DNA of 64,000 nucleotides, taken from a virus. The position numbers were made by a program, and so were the translations under genes. Each line of letters begins with the position of its first letter. Positions within the stretch are counted from its first letter, which is position 1. The notes under the pieces are model-generated. The model was not told where the DNA came from, did no database searches, and worked only from the letters and a program-made list of their open reading frames with translations. This document shows positions 1 through 13,000 of the stretch, in pieces. The stretch spans positions 60,720 to 124,719 of IMG/VR virus record IMGVR_UViG_3300008120_000016. The stretch is one strand, 5' to 3'.

Positions 1-3000
1 AATCTTTTTAAAATCAAGTTTATACTTACGAGTGTACCATTTACCAAGACTACTTTTATCTCCGGTTAATGTATCTTTTGAAATTCCAGTGTAGAATATA
101 GGATTATTTGAACGAAACATGCTCCAAAAATGTTTATAGACATCACTTTTTTGTTTCGTACCAAAATCAGCTATTAAATTCTGATAACTTTCAAAGGCAT
201 ATCCGTATAATTTATTAATTATTTGAATAGGTGCTACCGATGTATAACTTACATCAGAAGTATTCATGCCAGATTGAAAAATTGAATATAAAGCAAGATC
301 TTTAAAAAAACTAACTACTAATCTATCTATATCATCTTTAGGTTCAATATTTACCAAACTTTCAAACTGACTAATAATACTTTGTTTTTCTATTGGGTTA
401 GAACTATTTTCAACTAATTTAAAAGTATTTAATCGATTATTATTCTCTCCTATTTGTAATACTATATTTTTAATAAAAGGATATCTTTCAGCTAATGAAT
501 TAAAAGCTAAAACGTCAGCACCAGAAACATTGTCTTTTATTTTTCTAGTTTTTAATTCATACCAATTATCAACCATTTTAGTAGTAGTAACTAATTCTAA
601 TAAATACTCATTTAAATCTTTATCAGTATTAAATGTTTCTTTAAAAAATTTAGTACCTTCTTCAGATTTGTCTAAGCCATTTTGTAACAAGTAATTAGCA
701 AAATCATTTTTTGCAGTTCGTGCTACTTTTGACATATCATCTTGAGAAATAATCTGTTTATTATCACGACTATCTCTCATTAAAGTTATTTCATTTAAAA
801 GAAACTCATTAAAATCTTCATCATTTCTTATTGGAAATAACTCACTAAGAATTGATTTAATATCATCTCCAACATCTAAAGGACTAATAATACTATTCTT
901 TTTAATATTTATTAAAGTTTCACTGCTTAAAATGTTTAAATTAAAGTCCACTGATCTTTCATACTCATCGTTTTTAGCATAAACTTCAAATGAACTTTTA
1001 TAAGGATTTGTATCAAAATCTAAAAATCTTTGTGCTTCTGTCATACTGTTAGACTGCTCTCTTAAATTTAATAATTCTAAGAGCATAGACAGCTGTATAA
1101 TTTTTCCTTTATCAGTTAATGTTGATATATCAAAATCAATTTCACCATTGTCTTCTCCTTTTTGAATACCTTTATACAACATTTCTTCTGTAAAAAACTG
1201 ATCGTAAGATCCATTTACAAAACTTATATTTCTTTCTAATGTTTTTTCTATTGCTTTTTTACTAGTATCTTGTTGAGCAAATCCAAGTTCTAACAATGTT
1301 CTTTTTAAAGCTAATTGTCTTGAACCTTCATCTCCATCATAATTAAGCTGAGTATGAAGATTTTGATACATCGACAGGTTCTTAATGTATGTTCTAATGG
1401 CAGGTTGATTAACAAAATATAATATCTTTTTAGAAGACATCCCAGCATATTTCATATAAAATATAATAGGACTTAATTCTGTTACAACATTAGCTGCAAA
1501 AACATAATCATCTCTAGCAACATCTACAAAAGCATTAATAAACTCACTAAAAAACTCTGATTTTAATTGATTGTCTTCGTCAAATATGCTTGCAAAATTT
1601 ATGTTTTCAATTAAACCTTTTGAATTTTTTTCAATGTAATTTGAATTAAAAAATGTTTTAATTTGACTTGAATTGAAAAAATGAGAATTACCTTCTGCAT
1701 TAGCAAGTTGAAACATTACATTAAAGGTATTTGCTTTAGCTGCAATACCTAAATCACTTTTACCTTTGAGAAGTGATATGAATTTTCTTAAGTTTTTTTC
1801 TCGATCAAGAATATCTGAATTCTTATAATCTGTTTTAGGTCTATCTTTTCCTTCTTCCTTTCTACCAAGTTTCTCAAATATTTCATCTATTATAGGTAAT
1901 ATGTGATAATTTTCTGATGGAGTTACTAGTTCCATGTAGTTAGCAGGATGTAAAATAATATCAGCCATTACATCATAAAGCTTATTTTGTATATTACCTT
2001 TTATGTGATTGTATTTATATAATCTATTATGAACTACTTCAATTTCTTTTGTAATATCATTATAAATACCATCAATATATTCTTTGTTCTGATCACGAAC
2101 TAGTTTTAAATATTCTGTCTCAGAATTAAATAAATTTTCTATTGAATTTACAAGTGTTTCTAAACCTTGTTTTCTTGTGTCGACCCAAAGCATAGGATTA
2201 AATACATTAAGATTATTATCTTCCATGTATTTTTCATATTCTCCTATATCAAAAGTGATATTAGAACGAATTAAATTTTGTAATACACTATCTGGATGAT
2301 CATTGTTTTCAGCTGTTCTTGATAATGCTGATTTCATATTATCTGCAGCCTCAGCATCCATTACAGCAATAATTGTCTGAACTCTTCTTAATAAACGATT
2401 AAGTTTATCTCGTGTTTGAGTATCTTTTCTTAAAGCTTTTCTATATGTACGTTCTAAATCTTTATACTCTTGAAGCAAATCATTGACGGTAGTTCTTCTT
2501 GCTAGTTTTAAATAACTCAAATCAGCAACAGCTTCTGCTTTTTTATCTTGTATGTTTTCTTGTAAAATAGAATCATTATATTCAAAATTGATATAATTAC
2601 CATTTTTATCCAGATTAGGATAGAACACAAACATCTTATCAATATCAAAGTCAGATCCGGATTTAATAACCACTTCAGATGGCATAATAATAGCATCACC
2701 TACACTAGCCGGTAAAAATTCTTTTACCATCATTACATCTAAAAAGTTTCTACCTTGTGTTGGAATCCTATAAGCAATCATAGTAATTGCTTTTTCATTT
2801 TCTGCTCTCCAAGCATCATCTCGTATAGCTTGATTTAATCTCTCTCTTGTTCCAATTTTTGAACCATTCCAGTTAAGATTTAATAAATTTAACCATTGAC
2901 CAGTGAGAGCTATTTTGACATCCATTTTACCAACAATAACATTATTTGCTATTTGTTGAACATCATAGTAATTTAATTCAGAATTACCATATGTCTCAAC

Positions 3001-6000
3001 AGCTTTTTTACTATCATCCTTATTAAATATTGTAGGTTCTGATCCTGTAATAGCCATCTGAACTAACATAGATCCGTTAGTCTTATATCTTACTACTCTA
3101 TTATTAATAGCAGATATAATTATTCCTTCAATAACTTGAGCTTGTACTGCAGCATCTAATGGAATTTCAAACTTACCTGTTGTTTCATTATATGAAAGAG
3201 CCTTTTTTACATTGCTGTCTTGATTCTTTTTATCTATCTCTTTAAAAAAGTATTCAACTAATTTATTTAAATCATTAACTTGTAACTTATCACCAACTTT
3301 CTTAATACCCATTTCATCGTATATGGCAGTTTTTTCTAACTTAGCCAAATGATCCATATACTTAATATACTTATCTCTATATTCAACAAACTCTGGTCTA
3401 TCTAAATTCATTAATATAAGCTTACGAATTTGAGAACCAAACGTAGCATGATCATGAATTTCAGAATGTATAGCCACCTGTTCTTTAAAACTATCAAAGT
3501 ATAATTCCTGTTCAGACATGAATTTATCTAAAGGATTAAACTTATTAATTTTTCTTACCGTAGGGTTTTTAGGATCAAACTCACTGTAAAATTCATCTAG
3601 CTCAGAAGGTGTTTCAACTTTACTTCCACTTTTAAATTTAACATAACCAATACCGTTAAACTCCATTTTTTTAGCTAAGTAATAATCAGCTGTTCTAACA
3701 CCATCACGTTTAACTACAGTTGGTATAAGAGGTTGCAATGAAAACTTATCAAATATGGGAACTTTTTGATTATATTCCTCACCATCTATCTCTCTAGAAT
3801 AGTTTTGTGTTCCTGCATATTGGAACTTTTTTGGAGGAAAGTAAACTGGTGCAGTTGAATCATAACCTACAGCATCTCTCAAAGCAATATATTCTGCTTT
3901 AAGTACAGGGTCTGTTTCTTCATCAGCAAGCTCATCATAATGATCGTATTCAACAATTTTTCTATAAGTTTCTTCATGCTCATCAAACCATTGTCCAGTT
4001 AATATACTCATGATTCTATAAAAATCAAATGTACATTTACCTTGACCATCTGCTTCTGTACCTTCGTATTTATCCTTAATAGTTTTTTTAAGATTCTTTT
4101 CATAAAGTTCTTTCATTTCGGGTGATATAAAATCACCTGGAACAGATTCAATTTTAGATATATTTTCTAAAATTTTATCAGCATGAATTGATCTAAAGTT
4201 AACATCTTTTAAAACAGCAGATCTATACGACTTATTTTTACTAAGCATTTGTTTAGAAAGAGCTTGTCGTCTTTGCTCTTCTGTAATTTTTCCTTGTAAA
4301 AACAATCTTTCTATAAGTCTTCTACCTGTTAAATTGTTAGAACCTCCCAGTCCTTGATTATCATCCCACTTGTTTAAATGATCAATAATCTCATTGTCTA
4401 TAAATGTAAATATACCTGTAGCAGAATCTTTAGATGCACGTTTATGAAAATCTTTAAAATAAATAGCATCACCAAAAAATACTTTCATTTGATCTAAATC
4501 AGTAATAAAAGTATTTGCAACAAAAGAATAAATAATATCTTTTAGATTAATATCTTTATTTCCTGTATTGACAATATCTTGTGTTGTTAAACCTACTTTA
4601 TTTTTATAAGTATTAAGCTTCTTTAATAATTTATTAGCATTGTTTGTAAAATATGTATTAAAATCTTTTATTAACTCGTTAATAAATTTTTCATTTGCTG
4701 TTTTATCAAATAAAATATCAAGTTTATTTATACTACTATCTGAACTATCTGCAGCTTTTTTAACCTTGTCACTTAAGTATTTTTTATTTTTATCTGATAT
4801 TATTGAATCAAATAAACCAAACACTGGTTTTTTATTTTTATCATAAAAAGCATTTTCAGACATCAATAAACCACTTTGAATTAAATCTCCATTAGAATCA
4901 AATTGTGATTTATAGAATCCTTTTTCATATAAATATCTAACACTAACTATATCTTTCAATGCATTAAGCAGTGATTGATTAAAAAGATCTGTGTTAAAAA
5001 TATTTGATGTAGTATCTGAACCTAGTGGTCTTCCGTGCTTAATAGGAACTCCATTAACTATATCAATACCATAATTTAATGATAGACCTAAATCAGTTGA
5101 CTTATCACCAAGCCTCATTACACCACTATAATGTCTTTTATTATTTGAGTTAAAAGCATGTATATCTAACAAAAGTTTATCTATTTCATTCAATCCTGTT
5201 GTTGAAATACCTTCTTTCTCAAAACTGTCAAGAAGTTTCATTTGTAAACCACCTGTATTCAAAACCCCTATAGATACAGGTGTGCCCCCGATAGTCTTAG
5301 CTTGATCTTTAGTAATATATTCATCACCTTTTTTAGTTACATATCTTCTTTTTCCAAATCGTTCATCAGATGGATTAAAGAAAAATAAACTATTTAAGTA
5401 ATAACTATTTGCAATACTAGGATTTTTACGCGGATCTAACCAAAACATTGAAGGCTCACTTTGAATAATGCTAAATAAATCTTCATACATTTCTGGATCA
5501 GACAAGTATTTTGCTAATACTGTAAAACCATTATGTAATTGCAACGCATGTATTCTAGTTCCCTCAGCACTTATTGAACTCTTTTCTACATTATATTCTG
5601 GATTATTTTTTAGTTCTTCCTCTATTAATCTTTGTATAGCAGCACTTTGACCACCTGCTAATTTACCATTTACAACTTTTGGATTACTTATATTCTTTTG
5701 AATATCTTTAATCGGATTTAAAACAAAAGCTTTATTGTCTAATATTTGTGATAGATGTCTAACTATAAATCCAAAACTATCTTTTAAATAACTACCATTG
5801 GTTAAAAATTCTTCTGTTTTAGGAGAAAATTCAAATCCTAAACCTTTTAAGAATTCTACCTTTCTTCTTTTCTTTTCAAAATCTGTTATATTATCAGCAT
5901 TTAGAAAATCATTTATTTTTTTAATATCATTTGGTAATAACATCCAAACTCCATCTTCTCTTGATGCCAACTGAATAACTTGATTAGTAGCTGGATCAGC

Positions 6001-7068
6001 TAAAACTTCTATGCCTTTAATTGAAAAATTAGAACTTATTTTTCTTTCGTATGCACTACTCTTACCTGAAGCAGCTTCAGTAATAATAAAATTATTTCTG
6101 CTGCCATCACCTTTATTCTGTCTTTCAATAGATGTAATATATATAGGTACAAATGCTTTTACAAATGAGTTTCTAAATTTAATTCTAAAATTTAATTCCT
6201 CAGCTGTAAGATTTTGTCCAGTTTGCTGTAGTTTATCCAACAAATAAGAATACTCAGGAACTTTATCTAGATTTTTATTTAATTTAGAAATAATTTCAGT
6301 TAAGCCCGTCGAGTTTTCTAAATCGTTAAACAACTTACGAATAAAATCAGAATAATTTATAGACATAGTATATCCATAATCATCATACAAATCTTCATTT
6401 GCTGATGGGATACTTCTAATAAATAATTCAACTGATTTATCAATATCATCTACAGGATCAATCTCATTAGCTGGTTGATCAAAAACCATTTTAGCAATTG
6501 CAGCATCGTCATCAGCTACAGTTGATAAATCAACTAACCCGTCTTCATCTAATTTAAACTTTGATCGAACTCTAAATATATCACTATAGATCAAAAAGTT
6601 AGGAGTAATTTGATCCCATAAACTAATTATACCTTGCAAATTACCTGCAAACTTTTTATAAAGTTCTTCTGATGATTCATCATTATATTCATTTTTTGAA
6701 ATAGCTGCTTTTTCAATATAATCAGCAACAAGGTTAGGAATAATAGAAGTTTTAACAGTTTCAAATAAATGAACCATTTGAGCTACTCTATATGCTTCTT
6801 TACCAATACGATTTAAATCGTCTGTATTAGATGCGGTTATTAGCATTGTGGCTAACTTACCTCCAACCAAATCACTTAATTGTTGTCTTGTATATTCACC
6901 ACTACGAATTTTTTCAAATACCTCAATAGACTCAGGTGTTTTAGGTTGTTGAGATATTTTATAAAAATCCATTCCTTTCATTTCGAGTGCACGAAATAAA
7001 AAATATTCAAGCTTATTAATAATTAATGGGAGCTTTTCTACTTTTAATTTGACTGGACAGTTCGACAT
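1..7068 (-). CDS. Virion-packaged single-chain DNA-dependent RNA polymerase (crAss-like / phi14:2 gp66-type), 3'-truncated by the window edge (>=2356 aa)
   Basis: Not in the ORF track because no stop falls in the window. ATG at 7068 overlaps the upstream stop (TAATG) and translates MSNCPVKLKVEKLP.... In-frame motifs read by hand: GTEADGQGKCTFDFYR (~4020-4065), HATFGSQIRKL (~3420-3450), IAYRIPTQG...VKEFLPASVGDAIIMPSEVVIKSGSDFDIDKM with catalytic DFDID at 2638-2652. The frame was spot-checked as open, not checked at every codon. Confidence 0.93.
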   Translation of the reverse strand, partial: MSNCPVKLKVEKLPLIINKLEYFLFRALEMKGMDFYKISQQPKTPESIEVFEKIRSGEYTRQQLSDLVGGKLATMLITASNTDDLNRIGKEAYRVAQMVHLFETVKTSIIPNLVADYIEKAAISKNEYNDESSEELYKKFAGNLQGIISLWDQITPNFLIYSDIFRVRSKFKLDEDGLVDLSTVADDDAAIAKMVFDQPANEIDPVDDIDKSVELFIRSIPSANEDLYDDYGYTMSINYSDFIRKLFNDLENSTGLTEIISKLNKNLDKVPEYSYLLDKLQQTGQNLTAEELNFRIKFRNSFVKAFVPIYITSIERQNKGDGSRNNFIITEAASGKSSAYERKISSNFSIKGIEVLADPATNQVIQLASREDGVWMLLPNDIKKINDFLNADNITDFEKKRRKVEFLKGLGFEFSPKTEEFLTNGSYLKDSFGFIVRHLSQILDNKAFVLNPIKDIQKNISNPKVVNGKLAGGQSAAIQRLIEEELKNNPEYNVEKSSISAEGTRIHALQLHNGFTVLAKYLSDPEMYEDLFSIIQSEPSMFWLDPRKNPSIANSYYLNSLFFFNPSDERFGKRRYVTKKGDEYITKDQAKTIGGTPVSIGVLNTGGLQMKLLDSFEKEGISTTGLNEIDKLLLDIHAFNSNNKRHYSGVMRLGDKSTDLGLSLNYGIDIVNGVPIKHGRPLGSDTTSNIFNTDLFNQSLLNALKDIVSVRYLYEKGFYKSQFDSNGDLIQSGLLMSENAFYDKNKKPVFGLFDSIISDKNKKYLSDKVKKAADSSDSSINKLDILFDKTANEKFINELIKDFNTYFTNNANKLLKKLNTYKNKVGLTTQDIVNTGNKDINLKDIIYSFVANTFITDLDQMKVFFGDAIYFKDFHKRASKDSATGIFTFIDNEIIDHLNKWDDNQGLGGSNNLTGRRLIERLFLQGKITEEQRRQALSKQMLSKNKSYRSAVLKDVNFRSIHADKILENISKIESVPGDFISPEMKELYEKNLKKTIKDKYEGTEADGQGKCTFDFYRIMSILTGQWFDEHEETYRKIVEYDHYDELADEETDPVLKAEYIALRDAVGYDSTAPVYFPPKKFQYAGTQNYSREIDGEEYNQKVPIFDKFSLQPLIPTVVKRDGVRTADYYLAKKMEFNGIGYVKFKSGSKVETPSELDEFYSEFDPKNPTVRKINKFNPLDKFMSEQELYFDSFKEQVAIHSEIHDHATFGSQIRKLILMNLDRPEFVEYRDKYIKYMDHLAKLEKTAIYDEMGIKKVGDKLQVNDLNKLVEYFFKEIDKKNQDSNVKKALSYNETTGKFEIPLDAAVQAQVIEGIIISAINNRVVRYKTNGSMLVQMAITGSEPTIFNKDDSKKAVETYGNSELNYYDVQQIANNVIVGKMDVKIALTGQWLNLLNLNWNGSKIGTRERLNQAIRDDAWRAENEKAITMIAYRIPTQGRNFLDVMMVKEFLPASVGDAIIMPSEVVIKSGSDFDIDKMFVFYPNLDKNGNYINFEYNDSILQENIQDKKAEAVADLSYLKLARRTTVNDLLQEYKDLERTYRKALRKDTQTRDKLNRLLRRVQTIIAVMDAEAADNMKSALSRTAENNDHPDSVLQNLIRSNITFDIGEYEKYMEDNNLNVFNPMLWVDTRKQGLETLVNSIENLFNSETEYLKLVRDQNKEYIDGIYNDITKEIEVVHNRLYKYNHIKGNIQNKLYDVMADIILHPANYMELVTPSENYHILPIIDEIFEKLGRKEEGKDRPKTDYKNSDILDREKNLRKFISLLKGKSDLGIAAKANTFNVMFQLANAEGNSHFFNSSQIKTFFNSNYIEKNSKGLIENINFASIFDEDNQLKSEFFSEFINAFVDVARDDYVFAANVVTELSPIIFYMKYAGMSSKKILYFVNQPAIRTYIKNLSMYQNLHTQLNYDGDEGSRQLALKRTLLELGFAQQDTSKKAIEKTLERNISFVNGSYDQFFTEEMLYKGIQKGEDNGEIDFDISTLTDKGKIIQLSMLLELLNLREQSNSMTEAQRFLDFDTNPYKSSFEVYAKNDEYERSVDFNLNILSSETLINIKKNSIISPLDVGDDIKSILSELFPIRNDEDFNEFLLNEITLMRDSRDNKQIISQDDMSKVARTAKNDFANYLLQNGLDKSEEGTKFFKETFNTDKDLNEYLLELVTTTKMVDNWYELKTRKIKDNVSGADVLAFNSLAERYPFIKNIVLQIGENNNRLNTFKLVENSSNPIEKQSIISQFESLVNIEPKDDIDRLVVSFFKDLALYSIFQSGMNTSDVSYTSVAPIQIINKLYGYAFESYQNLIADFGTKQKSDVYKHFWSMFRSNNPIFYTGISKDTLTGDKSSLGKWYTRKYKLDFKKI

Positions 7069-10000
7069 TATTTACAAGATTTTTTATGATTTAATTCAAA
7101 ACGAGGAGCCCAAGCTCTTTTATTACCTGGTAGTTTAATTTTCTTTTTAGTAGTGTTTACCTCACCACTTGCTTTTTTAACAGCTTTATCTATGGCATTT
7201 TCATCTTTGTTTAAATCATTAGATGTAACTGATATTGTATTTTTTGTTGGATTAAGATCTGAAGGTTCCAAAAAGTGAACAGATGAATTATATCTCTTTA
7301 TAGCATCCTTAGATGGTATATCATTAATGTATGTAGTAAGACCTATGTTATTCATTAAATAATCCATATAATCCATCTTTTCAAAATTAATAACTTTTTT
7401 ACCATCAACTTCAGTTATATATGGAAATTTAAAGTTTAATTTTCCCTCTAAAAATTGCTTAGATGCATTAACTCTCATTCTATCTACATAAGGTCTAATA
7501 ATATTTAAATTGTCTTCATTAATGGTTAATACACCATTTATTTCTTCAAAGACTGGAAGAGTTGTCATTTGATCTTTAATACGTACTGAAATATTTCTAA
7601 ATTTTTGAGGTATTTGTAAATTATAATTAGACCCTGTAATCCATGTTTCTTTAGCCCAGTTCCAAAGATCTCTTTGCACATCACCTAAATTAGAGCTGTT
7701 ATCCTTTTCCATCTGATGATATACCTTCATTAACTCAACAAGATAATTGAATAAAGTATATTCTTTTCCATCTGTTGATGTAATTTTAACAGACTTTGAT
7801 GCAGGAGTAAATAAAGGAGTACCTTGCAAAGCACCATCATTATCTTCTATGATAGCATTTAAATATTGACCTTGCAAAATAAATGATACATGATCTTGTT
7901 TTAATTTCTCAACAATATCTTTATCTCGTAAAGTATTTTTTTGACTTTTAGATTTTGGTTTTACTAAACCTTTTAATACCATTTGCCCTTTACTAATTCT
8001 TTTAAGTTTAGCTATTTGGGGCTTACCGTTCATTACTTTTTCACGAGCTTTAAATAACTTATCTAATTGCTCAGGATTAATTCTTTTTAAAGAATCAGGA
8101 TGTGTATTAGGTGTATATGTATTAAAATATACTATTTGATTTTCACCATTATTAAACCGGCTAGCAATTGGATTATTTTTATCTGCCTTACCTATTGCTT
8201 TACCATCTTTATCAAACACTATAGGATTACCATCTTTATCAGATATATATCCCACTACACCTTTGTCAGAAGAGATCCATTCTCTACTTTGTGCCGAACC
8301 ATCCCATCTTAATCCTTCGGCATCTTTATCTAACGTAACATAAAAGTTAGCAATGTCATTTAAAGATGCTAACGATAACTTGTTAATAATGTTTCTAACT
8401 TTATAGTAATATAATTTAAATGAATCATATTCAATATATTCACCATTTTTAAGTTGCCCATCATTTCCTTTTGATCTTAGACCTTCAGGCTCAACAGCAG
8501 TAATTGTAACACCAGACTTTACACTAGAAATATCAATTGCTGATGGATCTTCTTCATAAGATTTATTAGCTAAATCAGATGTTATTTTAAAATTTGCTTT
8601 CTGAGTTTGATTTGTTTCAGGTACAGGAGAAGGTGATGGTGGTGGTGGAGTAGGTGGTTTTGTAGTTTTGTCAATCTCAGCTTTAACATTATCAAATTCA
8701 GTTTGATTAGTAACTTTAGTTAACTTAAGACGACCCTTTTTAAATATTTCTAAAGTACCTGATTTATCAGAATAGTAATATTTTGTTTTACCAACCTTAA
8801 TTTGTTTAAGATCTTTAACAGCATTATTTATTTCTTGTGTATTAAGCCTAGCAACTTTTTGCTTTATCGAAGCTATAATAGAATTAAATATTGAATCCGG
8901 TAAAGCATCTTTAACTTTATTATCTGTTAATTCTTTAGTTATATTGTTTAATTCATCCACTGTAGCTGCGGATGCAATTTTTTGCATATACTTTTCAGAT
9001 GGAAGTTGATCATCAACAACAACTGCATCTTTATTCATCAAGTCATTTGTTAGAGACAAAACTTCAGACAATGTTGTATCAGAAATATTTATTCCGATTC
9101 TAGATAGTATATCACTTAATAGTTCTATAAAAGTTTCCCAAATTGTTTTGCTTGTATTAGCGTAAGGTGTTTTAGCTAATAAATATTGAAATGAAGGATT
9201 TGTAAATGCTTCTGTTACAAACTCTCGTAATTGCTGCCCTTCATCTAGATTTTTTTGATAAGCATAAAAAGTTTGAGCACCTGGAACATTTTTTACAGTG
9301 TTGTATAAACTTTTAATTGCTTTAGCATATTCGGATGTAGGGTCACTAATTGAATCTTCGATAACAGCATGTATAAGTTCATGAAGAATAACAGTTTCAG
9401 CAGGTACTGATAAACCATTTTCTTTATATCCTGCAATATCAAGATTTATAAATATTTCTTTAGTAACATAATCAAACATTCCAGCTGTATCAAGATTATT
9501 ATTAACTTTAATAACGTCTTCTTCAGATACAACTCTTAATAACTTTTTAGCTAATTCTTTTTCATAATCTGTAGCAAACTGACTATCAATTATAAATAAT
9601 AACGCATTTTCAGTTTTAATACTACCATCGGCATCTACCTGTAAAAGTTTAGATAATTCATCAGTGGTTCTTGTATCAGTAGAAAACTTTTGTCTTAAAC
9701 TATTAAAGGGAAGTCCTACTTGATTTTGATCAACAGGTTCGTATGAAAATAATTTTTCTTTACTTTTAAATCCAACAGCTGCATTTAATTGACTCTTATA
9801 TTTATTAAGCTGTTCATTTTTAGCATAATCTTCAACTTGTAAAATCTGTTGCTTATTTAATATTGAATCTGAATTTTCAAGTACATTTAAAATTTCAGTT
9901 TCAGTTAATGGCTCAGCATTATCATCTTCAGACTTTGTAAGATTATATGTTTGAATAGCACCAGCATATAATGATTGTAACAATGCTAAACCATCTGATC

Positions 10001-13000
10001 CACGTTTAAAATATTTTTGGGATATATTGGTTATAGCTTTTAATGCATCAGATTTAGATCCTTTTAATACAATAGGAAAATTTGACAATACATCTGCATA
10101 AAGATTTGCAGAATCATCAAATTTATTTAAAAATTTATTTAATAAAGCAACTTGGTTTTTATCAATAATATCAGTATCATTGACTTTTTTATTACTTAAA
10201 GAAAGTTTTTCATTATGCTCATTCCAACTATCTAATATGTCTAATATTGTATTATTAGACATCATACCAATCATAGCTTTTCTATACTCACTGAATAATG
10301 CAAATTCTTCATTACTGATAACAGAGTTTTGTTCTTTTACAGGAATTCTTAAAACTTCTAATATTTCTTCAGGAGTTTTATATACATCTTTATTTAAAAA
10401 TCCTTGAACAGAATCTCTTGCTTCTTGTTCTAATTCTTTTCTTGTCTGAGTAGATGGATATTCTACTTTTTTTGTGTTAGGATTATAAACTGGATCTAAA
10501 CCAGTTTCCATATCTAACAAATACTCATACAAAGCTTCTTTCAATTTATCAGGATTATTCTCTGGTCCATAATAATCATTTAATCCTTTATGAAGTTGAA
10601 GAGTTAAAATACGAGCTACACCAAGATTTATTATTTCACTAGCACCTTTACGAGTTGATTCGTCATAAGAATAAATATTTGATTCTGTAATAATTTCTGC
10701 ATTAAGTAAATTTTGAATAGCTATTTTTTGAGCTGCACTTCTAACACCCACATTTCGATTACTCATTATACCACGATGAGTAGGATTTGTAAATATGTTA
10801 CTAGTAAGAACTATATATGATAAATCACCTTTTTGTTCTTTAAGCTTTTCAGATTTTTCTTGAAGATTTTTTACAAACGATTCTACACTGCTTTGAAATT
10901 TTTCTTTTAACTGAATAAGATCAGATAATACTTCACTAGTTTCAGATGAATTAACATTCTTTAAAAGATTACTTATTCTACGATCAATTGCTTTTAAATA
11001 TTCTTTTTCAAAATGTTCTATAAGTTCTTCTTTAAATTCAGGTTTTAATTTAATATTTAATTGATCATATAATAAATCAAAAGTACTATTTAAAGGATTA
11101 CTATTTGATGCAAATGAATCAGTAATTAATTTTTTAGCTCCATTAATATCTTTTGAAGCTATTTCCTGCATAGCCTTTGCTATTACATCTATTTTAATTT
11201 TAGAATATTTTTCATAATACTCATCACGTTGCTGTTGCTCAAGCTTAGCTAATACAGGATATAATAATGCAAACGCTTCTGTTATTTCATTTAATGTAAC
11301 ATCCGGTTTATTTATAACTTGATCTAATGTTTTTAAAACTTGCTCATACTCTTGTACAAACTCTGGATCAGTATCTTTTAAAACTTTAGTAGTTCCGGCT
11401 TCAGCAGCAGCTTTATTAAGTTTATCTGTTACTTCATCAACTACTTTTATAAAATCAGGATTACTTAATATATTATCATTTTGATATTCTGATAGTAATT
11501 TTTCAAGTTCAGATTTTGTATTAACAGCTTTAACTTTTTCAATTGCTTCTTGTAGTTTAGATTGTTGAGGATTTTGTTGTGGTCCTTGTTGATTATTATT
11601 ATCTAAACCAATTAAACCTAATGTTGCATTAATTAAGTAATCATAGTTATCGTTTGTTTCAACCCCATCAGGTCCAAAGTCTTCTACTACATCTAATCCT
11701 TCATATATAGTATCAATTGATTTAGGATATTTTTGACGATTGCTAAACAACATTTTACCTACATCGTTTTTTTGTTGCTCAGTCATTGAAAGTTTTACTC
11801 TTACTTCATCTCTGATTCTTTCTAATTCAGCTATTGATTTAGGATATCTACTTTTAAAAATATCACCATAAACAACCTCGCCTTGATCATCTACATATCC
11901 TTTTATAATCCATGGAGGTTGTTGGTTTCTACCAAATACATAATGCCAATCTATTTTCTTACCATCTGTACCAGAAGAAGAAAAATAAAAAGGAACAACA
12001 AACTTTCCAACACGAACTAATACAAATACTCTTCCGTCATAGTTAAATATAAACTGACCATCAAAGTTTATTAAATTTTTATTGATAAACTCTTTATCCC
12101 AGTTTTTAAGAAGAGCTGTTACATCTGTCATCATTGTATCAGCATCAGTATCTGTTTTACTACTTCCGGTGAAATCAATCTTTCCAGGAACATCTTCCAT
12201 AGTAATAACCTTACCATCAACTTTAATGTAACCTTTAGTACCAGTTTTTTTAGGTCTTGTTATTTGTTTTTGAACTTTATTATCTTTAATAAGTTTTTGA
12301 AGTTCATCTTTAGACCAACTGCCAACACCATTTAAACTAGTTTTAAAACTAATTTTATCATCTTCAATTTTAGTAATTGTATAAGATAATCCTGAATCTT
12401 TTGAAAATAAAGTATCCCCTACTTCTATATCATTTACTTCTTCTAAATCAACAACACCAGACTCTGTTTCAACAGATTCTTCACTCTGAGGAGCATCAGG
12501 AGAAATACCTTTTTCTTCAGAAGAAATAGCAGCTTCATATTCAGCATCTCTCTTTTTAGCCTCTTCTTCAGCTTCTTCTTTTGTGGCAAATCCTTTTGCT
12601 ACTACTACATCTTCAGGATCAACAACATACCAAGTATTATCATCTGGATTTTGTTCTACTTTGTGTTTAGGTATTTCATAAACGTCAACACCAGTTCCTT
12701 CGGCTATTTCTGCTTTCATTTCTTCTTGAAACTTCTTCATCATAGCCTCCCAAGCAGACATAGATGCATTTTTTACAAGCTCCATGTTTTTAGGATCAGC
12801 AAGTAAATTCATTGCATCAACATATTCTTTATGATCTTTATTAAGCTTAATGTAATCAACTACTTTATTAAAAACATCTTCAACATCTTCTTTCGAAACA
12901 GCTCTATCAATTCTGTTCCTTTCATTCATAATATTAATTAAATTAGCAAAAGCTCTATATGACTTATCAACTTTTGCCTCGTTAATTAATTCATCTTTGG

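Noticed and set aside
1-7068. Intron or intein interrupting the RNAP
   Set aside because: The catalytic motifs are contiguous in one frame and no intein splice motifs or homing-endonuclease ORF were noticed in the parts read.
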